Shown: one piece after another, positions 7,823 to 15,416 of the stretch
How positions within the stretch are numbered: position 1 is the stretch's first letter
Layout of the letters: each line of letters begins with the position of its first letter
Origin: Pyrodictium delaneyi
Lineage (GTDB): Archaea; Thermoproteota; Thermoprotei_A; Sulfolobales; Pyrodictiaceae
Direction: 5' to 3'
DNA: 32,000 bases
Assembly (NCBI RefSeq): GCF_001412615.1
Contig: NZ_CP013011.1
Location: forward strand, 390,001-422,000
Made by a program: the position numbers and the translations under genes
The notes under the pieces: model-generated
The model's database searches: none
What the model was told of the DNA's origin: nothing
What the model saw: the letters and a program-made list of their open reading frames with translations, nothing else

Positions 7823-9253
7823 TTAGGCGCGTGTCTGCTCCTCCTTAGCCTTTTCAGCCTTTTTCTCAACCATCTTGGATACTCCGTAAGCTACAGCTGC
7901 GCCAGCAACGGCAGCGACAGCAGCACTGGCTGCAGTAGATGCTGTGCTAGGCGTCGTTGGAGCTTGTAGAGGCTTATAGAAGCCTTCAAAGCTGTCGCTG
8001 AAGCCGGGCATCGTACAGCCTATACACACGCCACCCGCTCTTGTCGGGCCACCCACACCCTCGACCCATCCAACCTTGTTCCATGGACAGTTGCTGATTG
8101 GACCCTTACAACCTACAGCGAACAGACACTTATAGTCCGGATCGCCAGGCTCCTTCCTAAAGTCGCCAGCAGCGTAGCTTCCCGCCCTGGGGCATTGTTC
8201 ATGTACCGTTGGACCAAAGATGTACTTTGGCCTCCAATACTGGTCTAGTTCAGGCAATGGTAGTAGACCCTTGGCCCATAGTATGAGATTTGCTATGACG
8301 CGAAGCTGACCATTACCGTTGGCAGGGCATCCTGGCACGGATACCGCAGGACGACAATCGGGCCTAATTTCGCCAGGCTTTAAGGAGCAACGACCGTAGA
8401 CGAAGTTACGGAATGGTTCTGCTTCTTCGAGAAGGTCTACTAGGCCTTTGAAGCCCCTAACGGGATCAGGGAAGAAGCCAACTGCGCCGGTAGGGCTAGC
8501 ACTCCAGCCCTTACCAGTCCAAGTCTGGAATAGGTCGTATCCTAGTTTCTTCATGAAATCTACTTCTACAACCTTGTTTGCCGGTATACCGCCATAGCAT
8601 GCACAGTTACCAACAGATATTACTGCTACGGCTCGTGGTAGGAGGCGGCGCATCCACTCTGTACATGTTATTGGTTTGCCGTTCTCCTCGCCTATATAAC
8701 AGAAGTAGTCGCTATGCGGCGGTCCACCCGCCTTTTCATCTATGGGGAAACTACCTTCAAGTACAAGCACGAATGGGTCGAGTTTACCCTGTTCGGCGAG
8801 CTTTAGTATATCAATTGGGCTTGTGAGGAGGAGACCTGGGTTATAACCTAGGTCTAGGAATGCTTTCAATGTCTTCTTGAGTGGATCGTCATCAGGGAGT
8901 TTCTCTACGAGAGCGGCCAGCTCCTCCGGGCTCATTTCGACGAGCTTCTTGACGTACTCGGGTGTCTCTTCGCCCCAGCTAAGCATCACAGTCTCGTGGA
9001 ATAGGAGCTTAACTGTACCAGGACCAGCTATATGGCTATAACCACCAAGTACCTCAACTAGGTCAGGCTTAGTAGCCTGGATTAATGCCGTAGTATTGCC
9101 AGCACAATCTTGTGCCTCAAACCATACAATGTTTATACCACCCGACTTAACCTCAGCTATTGCTTTCTTTATCAGCTCGTCCCAGTTGAGGCTGGCAAAG
9201 AATGCTGCCGTTCCTGTGAGCTTTAGGAAGTCTCTACGGGAGAGCTGGACCAT
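7823..9253 (-). CDS. hynS: Membrane-bound group-1 [NiFe]-hydrogenase small subunit with Tat signal and C-terminal membrane anchor
   Basis: Twin-arginine signal MVQLSRRDFLKLTG. Small-subunit motifs VGNCACYGG, PGCPANG, HEQCPR, CLFAVGCKGPISNCPWN and GGVCIGCTMPGF. C-terminal hydrophobic AAVAAVAGAAVAYGV followed by a Lys/Glu tail. Confidence 0.95.
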   Translation of the reverse strand: MVQLSRRDFLKLTGTAAFFASLNWDELIKKAIAEVKSGGINIVWFEAQDCAGNTTALIQATKPDLVEVLGGYSHIAGPGTVKLLFHETVMLSWGEETPEYVKKLVEMSPEELAALVEKLPDDDPLKKTLKAFLDLGYNPGLLLTSPIDILKLAEQGKLDPFVLVLEGSFPIDEKAGGPPHSDYFCYIGEENGKPITCTEWMRRLLPRAVAVISVGNCACYGGIPANKVVEVDFMKKLGYDLFQTWTGKGWSASPTGAVGFFPDPVRGFKGLVDLLEEAEPFRNFVYGRCSLKPGEIRPDCRPAVSVPGCPANGNGQLRVIANLILWAKGLLPLPELDQYWRPKYIFGPTVHEQCPRAGSYAAGDFRKEPGDPDYKCLFAVGCKGPISNCPWNKVGWVEGVGGPTRAGGVCIGCTMPGFSDSFEGFYKPLQAPTTPSTASTAASAAVAAVAGAAVAYGVSKMVEKKAEKAKEEQTRA

Positions 9254-9295
9254 GAATGTATCCCCCTACTTATTTTTCCCGACACTGAAACTCTC

Positions 9296-9325
9296 CAAGG
9301 ATAAATGTTAATAAATATATTCGAA
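9296..9325 (-). promoter_or_regulatory. Candidate TATA box/promoter for hynS
   Basis: The reverse strand reads ATATATTTATTAACATTTAT, 45-70 nt upstream of ATG 9253, inside a 426-bp A/T-rich divergent intergenic region. Confidence 0.35.
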
Positions 9326-9679
9326 GGCGGGAAACCAGGGAATCTTTAACACCCAGAAATGCTAACTTAATACTTGTCGTGGAGTCGTATAAAGTAGCTT
9401 ATCCGAACAAGTATCAAAAAGCAACATTAATCTACTTGGCAATAGCTTGATGTATACCAACCACGTAATTAATCTACGTTTGCATTCGGTAAACCCCGCC
9501 TTACCTCACGGCCCTTATAGCTGGAGGGCTCGGACCCCGTAGGCGCGTAACACTCCACATCCAGACACAGATTTACACTCCAACACCTCCTACCTATTTA
9601 CTACTTTAGCCATTCTTTTTACGACTTATCCGGGGCAGGACTGCGTAGCGTTCCTTACTCTACTCGCGACAAGTAGTTA

Positions 9680-10123
9680 ATGTATATGATAGACGAGCAT
9701 AGACAGGGAGGAACGATTCCCTTGTCAAGCCCCAAGGAAAGGAGACGCGCATTAGTAGAGGGGCTAAGGAGCTTCCTTCGGGCTAGTAATCAAGTGGCAG
9801 AAGCAGTAGACAATATACGTCGTGAGTTCCTCGAAACTCTTGAAGAAGCTCTAGGTATTGACTTAACTCCAGAAAAACGGATGCTCCGAAGCCTCTACAG
9901 CTTTAACCCACCAGCACAGCCCAGTTTGGAGGAGTTACGTGAACTCATAGCACGAAGCATGGGGCTGAGTAATGGAGTACAACTCGAAGAGTACCTCCGT
10001 AGCCTCGGCAAGACCGGAAAAACTAGTAGCATTAGTCCCGAATCCCCTGGTGAAAGGCGGCAGCGGCATCCTAGAACTAAGCCTAGAACTCATAGGGAAG
10101 AATCCGGAAGCCAGGATGGGTAA
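9680..10123 (+). CDS. Hypothetical helical protein, first gene of the hydrogenase accessory operon (3' end uncertain)
   Basis: Protein-like up to about ...GVQLEEYLRSLGK (near nt 10015). It then becomes an Arg/Pro/Ser-rich tail typical of out-of-frame reading. It overlaps the next ORF by 152 nt. Confidence 0.4.
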   Translation: MYMIDEHRQGGTIPLSSPKERRRALVEGLRSFLRASNQVAEAVDNIRREFLETLEEALGIDLTPEKRMLRSLYSFNPPAQPSLEELRELIARSMGLSNGVQLEEYLRSLGKTGKTSSISPESPGERRQRHPRTKPRTHREESGSQDG

Positions 10124-10481
10124 ATGCTTAATTATCGACGGGTCAATGGATGCATTGTCGCTCATCGATGAAGCGACTAGTCGCAACGTAGATCTAGTAA
10201 TAATTCTAGGTGCCGTTCATACCGAAGGCCGCGCCCCCGGCATATATATGCGCATAATCGAACCACGTGACGCTAGGAAAATGAATCCATTACAGCTCAC
10301 CAGGGAATTATGGATGAATCTAACAGGTAGCCTTGGGTTAGACGACTATGCAGCAGCATTGAGCCTGCTCTGGAACCGAGCCTTTATCCTGGCTGAATGT
10401 GAGCCCGGAGATACGGATGATCCAGAGGGGGCGTGCAAGAAACTTGCAAGAGAGTGGATCCAGCAAGAATGTGAAACATAG
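9972..10481 (+). CDS. HybD/HyaD-like hydrogenase maturation protease paralogue lacking all three metal-binding residues (pseudo-protease)
   Basis: Core aligns with E. coli HybD: KLVALVPNPLVKGGSG / ILVLGVGNILLTDEAIG; CLIIDGS / VEILDGG; DLVIILGAVHTEGRAPG / HLIIADAIVSKKNAPG; MNPLQL / ISPHQL. The E16, D62 and H93 equivalents are Gly, Gly and Leu. Confidence 0.6.
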   Translation: MEYNSKSTSVASARPEKLVALVPNPLVKGGSGILELSLELIGKNPEARMGKCLIIDGSMDALSLIDEATSRNVDLVIILGAVHTEGRAPGIYMRIIEPRDARKMNPLQLTRELWMNLTGSLGLDDYAAALSLLWNRAFILAECEPGDTDDPEGACKKLAREWIQQECET

Positions 10482-11028
10482 GATACTCCTACTAGGTATA
10501 GGTAATACACTCCATGGAGATGATGGTGTTGGTTATTGTCTAGCGTATGGGATCAAATATTGTGGCGGTATAGAAGGTGCAGACATAGCTACTATTCAAG
10601 AGCTAAACCCAGGTCACATAACTATGCTAGATGGATATGAAACAGTAGTATTCATAGACGCATACATATCCGATGATATGCCCGAATCAGCACGAATAGC
10701 CGTCCTTGAACTGGATCCATCACGGCTCCGCGAGGACGAGGTCGTGGCCCTAGTGCAGGAAATGGATCCACATAGTCTTAACCCTATCCGGCTAATGATA
10801 CTGTCCTACGCTGCACAATTGTTTAAGGGACGAGCTTATCTGATCGGTATAAAGCCCTACCGTATAGAGTTTTCTGGAGGACTTAGCAAAGATATCAAAA
10901 AGGCACTTCCACAAGCACTGGAAGAATTACGCCGCATACTGGCTAAGCTTGGTGCAAACATGAAGGCTGACATAAACTGTGTTATAAACTGGGTTGATAG
11001 GAACTGCGATAAACCGCTTCTAGATTAG
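10471..11028 (+). CDS. hybD: [NiFe]-hydrogenase maturation endopeptidase (HybD/HyaD/HoxM family)
   Basis: RILLLGIGNTLHGDDGVG, VVFIDAY and DPHSLNP retain the canonical Asp/Asp/His triad. I prefer GTG 10471 as the start (VKHRILLLGIGN), which overlaps the upstream stop by 11 nt. The track ORF start at 10399 adds a non-conserved leader. Confidence 0.85.
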   Translation: MKHRILLLGIGNTLHGDDGVGYCLAYGIKYCGGIEGADIATIQELNPGHITMLDGYETVVFIDAYISDDMPESARIAVLELDPSRLREDEVVALVQEMDPHSLNPIRLMILSYAAQLFKGRAYLIGIKPYRIEFSGGLSKDIKKALPQALEELRRILAKLGANMKADINCVINWVDRNCDKPLLD

Positions 11029-11149
11029 CTTAAGGCATTTGTCTTAAATTGACGCACCAGATACCACATACATCATGTTAAGCATAATAGTGTCACTAAT
11101 GCACAAGATTTAGAAGTTGGAGAGATGATTCAGCAACGGGGAGCCATAT

Positions 11150-11563
11150 ATGTCAAGTAACAATTGTACGAAAAAGTCTGAAGAAATAATAAATTTCGTA
11201 ACATGGCGTATGGACAATATGCCCGACTATAAAGATTGGGTCATGTCTATGCTCCGCGCCTGGGGTGCTATGCTTAACGAAGCCAACAATCAGCGTTCGC
11301 TTCTACCCTTTGCATCGTTGGCACTCGCTCATCTAGGCGTTGGCCTCACCGCTACCTATGTGATAGAGGGTGCTAGTCCAGAGGAGGCAATTAAAAAAGC
11401 CAAGGAGGAGTTATGTGCTGTTTACATGGCTAGTCTCGAGTTACTTGACCGAGCATTTCAGCAAGGCAAAATAATGGAGATAATAGAAGAGTCAATGAAG
11501 GAGGCCGAGGATGCAGTTCAGAGTGAAGGCATAGACTCCATAAAAGAGGGAGGAGAGAGCTAG
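11150..11563 (+). CDS. Hypothetical protein, last gene of the accessory operon
   Basis: 137-aa ORF preceded by GGGGAG 7 nt upstream of the ATG. Coding-like composition. I recognised no motif. Confidence 0.45.
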   Translation: MSSNNCTKKSEEIINFVTWRMDNMPDYKDWVMSMLRAWGAMLNEANNQRSLLPFASLALAHLGVGLTATYVIEGASPEEAIKKAKEELCAVYMASLELLDRAFQQGKIMEIIEESMKEAEDAVQSEGIDSIKEGGES

Positions 11564-11595
11564 CTTCCATCTATCGTCTTGAGTGTTGTTATCTC

Positions 11596-13920
11596 TCATA
11601 TTTCTCCAAGCTTCGCTGCCGCCACTAGGAGCTGGCCTACTGCCACCCCGCCATCCCCAGGCGGGAGGCGTCGCGGTATACGAACCTCTAGCCCATAGTC
11701 ACTTAACACCTGCCTAGCCCCCTGGACTATGAATGTGTTTACCGCCGCTCCACCAGAGATGTAGACAGGACCGTCTAGTCCCCGGGCTGCTCTAGCTGCC
11801 GCTTCTCCTAGAGCCCTGCCTAGGCCACGCTGAATCGTGACAGCGATATCCCTAGCAGGGAGTCTGTCAATATTCTCGAGCACCCATCGTAGCAGCCCGG
11901 GAGTATCCACTACAAGACGACCATCTAGACTGAGCAACCCTGGGGTGTAGCCGTGGTCACGGCCTCCCCGCGCCGCAGCTTCTAGCTTCATCGCTGGCTC
12001 GCCCTCGTAATCACGGCGCCAAGCTATTCTTAGGAGCGCTGCTAACGCGTCAAGTGTACGGCCCATACTTGTGGTTAGGGGTGCCTTCCCGAAAGCTGCT
12101 AGCCGGTAGCTTACCCGGGCCTCGGTCTCGCCGTGGGGTAGCTTGTCTCTCGATAATAGGCCGTAGCGCCGCAGCACATCCAGCGCCTCCTCCTCGTCGA
12201 GACCGGAAGCCTGCATGAGACCTATGAGGGCCCGGACCGGCCACTTTGCTGCAGCGTCACCACCGGGGAGTCTGAAGGGGTAGAGACTGGCCACGCGGGT
12301 GAAGCTGCTGTAGCTTGCTACGAGTACCTCGCCTCCCCAGATCGTGGAGTCTACACCGTACCCTGTACCGTCGATTGTTATCGCCACCTTCTCCTCGCCG
12401 GGAGGTACGCGGTCCTCGAGCATAGCTGCTGCTGCGTGGGCGTGATGGTGCTGCACCTCCACCAACTCGGCGCCATATTCTTCTGCTAGCCTCGCTGCTA
12501 GACCGCGGTTATGGTACCCTGGATGCATGTCCATGGCTACTATTCTGGGTTTTAGGGAGTAGACTTCTACAAACCAGCGTAACTCGCGTTCCAGCTCTTC
12601 CACTTGGCCCGGTTCATCCATGTCGCCTATGTACTGGGTGGGCACTACTTTGTCCTCGAAGGCTACTGCACCTGCCGTTTGAAGCTCTGCGCCTACCGCA
12701 ACCATCTCGGGCAGCTCCGCGGGAGCGTATAGCCACATGGGGGCATAGCCGCGGGCGCGGCGAAGGAAGACCAGCTCCCCATCGGTGTAGCGTAACACGC
12801 TATCATCGACGCGGTGTACTATCTCCCGGTCATGGGCCACCACATAGTCTGCTATGCCGCATAGGTGGGTGAAGACGCACTTCAGGGTGGTGCACATGGG
12901 GTAGCCTGTCTCGTTCCCACTCGTCATGATGAGGAAGCCATCGCGGACCTGCTCGAGGAGGAGCGCCTGGAACCCCGTGTAGGGCAGCATCACCCCTATG
13001 GTGTCTAGGCCGGGGGCTACGAGCTCAGAGACAGGTGAGCCAGGGCGCTTGGGGAGGAGGAGTATCGGCCTTTCTGCCGACTGTAGTACCTCGCAGGCGC
13101 CGGGCGGCGGCTCAGCGATCATCTCGACTACGCTGCAGTCCCGGGCCATTAGGGCGAATGGTTTCGAGGGGCGGCGTTTGCGGCGCCTCAGTTCCTCGAC
13201 CACGTCGTCACGGGTGGCGAGGGCTGCTAGGTGGAAGCCCCCGACACCCTTTATCGCCAGTATGTAGCCCTCCTCAATCTTCTCGGCCGCCCACTCCACG
13301 GGGTCCGGCACGTCGAGCCGTTTGCCGTCCATCGTGTAGACGTACGTCCTTGGACCACACTTGGGGCAACTTATCCCCTGGGCGTGGAACCGGCGGAGGT
13401 TCGCGGGATCCTCGTAGTCGCGGCGACACTCCGTGCAGAGAGGATACTTCTTCATGGCTGTGTTCTCGCGGTCGTAGGGTACCGTGTACATCATAGAGAA
13501 CCTCGGACCGCACCAGGCGCAGCTATTCCAGTAGTACCGGTAGAACCTGGTAGAGGGGTCGTGTATCTCGTGGAGGCAATCACTGCATATACCGAAGTCG
13601 GGGGGTATCATGCTGCGCTTGCTTTTCCGCCGCTCGCTCTTCCTTATAGTGAAGCTGCCCAGCCCCTGGGGCTCAGCCTCCTCTATCTCTAGCTCCTCTA
13701 TGCGGGCTGGCGGCGGCCTCTCCCGGTAGAGGCCCTTGATGAAGCTCGCGAGCTGGTCAGGTGGACCTTCGACGTAGATCTCTACCTCGCTACCACCAAG
13801 GTTCAGGACGTAGCCTGCGAGGCCGCGGGAGACAGCAAGCCGGTATATGAATGGGCGGAAGCCCACTCCCTGCACTATGCCGGTTACGCGGAGCCGCAGA
13901 GCCCTCCTAGCTGTTGCCAA
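11596..13920 (-). CDS. hypF: Carbamoyltransferase HypF
   Basis: Acylphosphatase domain (VTGIVQGVGFRPF). Two zinc-finger pairs (CSDCLHEI...CAWCGPRF; CTECRRDY...CPKCGPR). YrdC-like domain (ILAIKGVGGFHLA; KRRPSKPFALM). Kae1-like C-terminal domain. TTG start. Confidence 0.97.
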   Translation of the reverse strand: MATARRALRLRVTGIVQGVGFRPFIYRLAVSRGLAGYVLNLGGSEVEIYVEGPPDQLASFIKGLYRERPPPARIEELEIEEAEPQGLGSFTIRKSERRKSKRSMIPPDFGICSDCLHEIHDPSTRFYRYYWNSCAWCGPRFSMMYTVPYDRENTAMKKYPLCTECRRDYEDPANLRRFHAQGISCPKCGPRTYVYTMDGKRLDVPDPVEWAAEKIEEGYILAIKGVGGFHLAALATRDDVVEELRRRKRRPSKPFALMARDCSVVEMIAEPPPGACEVLQSAERPILLLPKRPGSPVSELVAPGLDTIGVMLPYTGFQALLLEQVRDGFLIMTSGNETGYPMCTTLKCVFTHLCGIADYVVAHDREIVHRVDDSVLRYTDGELVFLRRARGYAPMWLYAPAELPEMVAVGAELQTAGAVAFEDKVVPTQYIGDMDEPGQVEELERELRWFVEVYSLKPRIVAMDMHPGYHNRGLAARLAEEYGAELVEVQHHHAHAAAAMLEDRVPPGEEKVAITIDGTGYGVDSTIWGGEVLVASYSSFTRVASLYPFRLPGGDAAAKWPVRALIGLMQASGLDEEEALDVLRRYGLLSRDKLPHGETEARVSYRLAAFGKAPLTTSMGRTLDALAALLRIAWRRDYEGEPAMKLEAAARGGRDHGYTPGLLSLDGRLVVDTPGLLRWVLENIDRLPARDIAVTIQRGLGRALGEAAARAARGLDGPVYISGGAAVNTFIVQGARQVLSDYGLEVRIPRRLPPGDGGVAVGQLLVAAAKLGEI

Positions 13921-13994
13921 CGCGAACTACACCCTAGAGGCGGAAAGGATGGTAGAAAACGCGGAAATAGAACAACTCCTTAGATATGGTGATG

Positions 13995-15056
13995 CTAGCA
14001 TATACGTGGGACTATTTCGCCGCTGGGAGGCTCTAGTATGCGGACTCCGCCAGCCACACTCTTGAGGAGTACTCTACCGGCATGCCTGGGGTCCTTGGGC
14101 TCGTAGACTTCGCCTATTATCGTTGCCTCTTTGAAGCCTAGGCTATGCATGTACTCAATTATCTCCTCGGCCCTGGATGGCTCCACAGCTAGTACTGCTG
14201 CGCCCTCGCTCGCTAGGCTGAAGGGGTCTACGCCTAGCATCTCGGCGTACTCGCGTACCTGGGGCCGGACTGGCGTCTTTACCTCATCTATCACTATAAC
14301 GGTCTTAGTCTTCTCAGCCCAGTTATTGAGCAACATTGCGAGGCCGCCGCGGGTTGGGTCGCCCGCCCCGTGTATGCTGTCCCGATACTTCTCTAGAAGC
14401 GGGAGCATCAGCCTTGTGAGCGGCTTGACGTCGCTTTCTACTCCGAGGTCTACACCGAGAGACTGCTGCGCGGCTAGTATGGCTGCACCGTGATCGCCTA
14501 AGTAGCCGGAGACTATTATCTTGTCGCCGGGCCGTATCTCTGTGTCCACTATGGGCTTACCCTCGACTATACCTATGCCCATCGATGCTATTACTATGCC
14601 GTCCAGTTGGCCCTTAGGCATGACCTTGAAGTCGCCACCTACTAGAGCTACCTTCTCCTCGGCCAATGTACGTATGAAGCTCCCCATTATCTTTTTGAAG
14701 TCCTCTATCGGGAAACCCTCCTCTACAACGACCCCGTCAAGCACTGCCAGAGGCTTGGCACCCACCATCAAGAGGTCGTTTATAGTACCGGAGGCGGCTA
14801 GTTTGCCGAGATCGCCACCCGGGAAGAATATTGGCTTTACCGTGTAGGTGTCAACTGTTACCGCTATGTAGCGGTTTTCGCCAGCAGGTATAAGCGCTGC
14901 ATCGTCTAGAATATCTAGCCCTGTACCTCCCTCAACCCTCCAAAGCTCCGGAGGCACGCTCTGAACTATTAGGTTCTTTACTAGCTCCTCGGTCTCCTTG
15001 CCTCCGGAGCCGTGAGCCAGAGTTATGAACTTCCAAAGACGAACATACCATGTCAT
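13995..15056 (-). CDS. hypE: Hydrogenase maturation protein HypE
   Basis: PurM-like ATP-binding fold (LAHGSGGKET) and the invariant C-terminal PRIC motif. Confidence 0.97.
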   Translation of the reverse strand: MTWYVRLWKFITLAHGSGGKETEELVKNLIVQSVPPELWRVEGGTGLDILDDAALIPAGENRYIAVTVDTYTVKPIFFPGGDLGKLAASGTINDLLMVGAKPLAVLDGVVVEEGFPIEDFKKIMGSFIRTLAEEKVALVGGDFKVMPKGQLDGIVIASMGIGIVEGKPIVDTEIRPGDKIIVSGYLGDHGAAILAAQQSLGVDLGVESDVKPLTRLMLPLLEKYRDSIHGAGDPTRGGLAMLLNNWAEKTKTVIVIDEVKTPVRPQVREYAEMLGVDPFSLASEGAAVLAVEPSRAEEIIEYMHSLGFKEATIIGEVYEPKDPRHAGRVLLKSVAGGVRILEPPSGEIVPRIC

Positions 15057-15089
15057 CAGTGTACACCTCTAAGATGCACTCCGGATTTA

Positions 15090-15362
15090 TTAGAGGAGCT
15101 TCTCTATCCCTAGGAGTTTCTCGATTTCTTCAGCTCTTTTCTCAAGCTCAGATATGAGTTCGTCAAACACCTGTATCATCTCTTTGGCACGTTCTTCGTT
15201 AATCTTTTCTATTATCACGCCGGCATGCACTATGACCAAGTCACCAGGCTTCAAATCCTCTATTGCACCGGCATCTACCTCCCGCAGAACGCCGTCTCCA
15301 AAATCTACTACAGCTATATTACCCTTTACATCTTTTACTTCAGCTGGTATGCCCAGACACAT
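15090..15362 (-). CDS. hypC: Hydrogenase assembly chaperone HypC
   Basis: N-terminal MCLGIPAEV motif. 90 aa. Confidence 0.95.
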   Translation of the reverse strand: MCLGIPAEVKDVKGNIAVVDFGDGVLREVDAGAIEDLKPGDLVIVHAGVIIEKINEERAKEMIQVFDELISELEKRAEEIEKLLGIEKLL

Positions 15363-15416
15363 AATTTATACACCTCGCGAAGACACATGCGTGGGATTTA
15401 GAAAAACGGTACGATC

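Noticed and set aside
9330-9679. The long A/T-rich divergent intergenic region, inspected for a hidden ncRNA or short ORF.
   Set aside because: Only short imperfect stems were seen, and no conserved RNA motif that I can recognise. It is most simply a double promoter region. Comparative or transcriptomic data would be needed to say more.
11596-13920. Several long ORFs overlapping hypF in other frames or on the other strand (12050-12244, 12998-13267, 13035-13496, 13231-13692, 13274-13513).
   Set aside because: They lie entirely inside a gene with unambiguous HypF motifs. They have Arg/Pro/Ser/Gly-rich low-complexity translations typical of shadow ORFs in GC-rich DNA.
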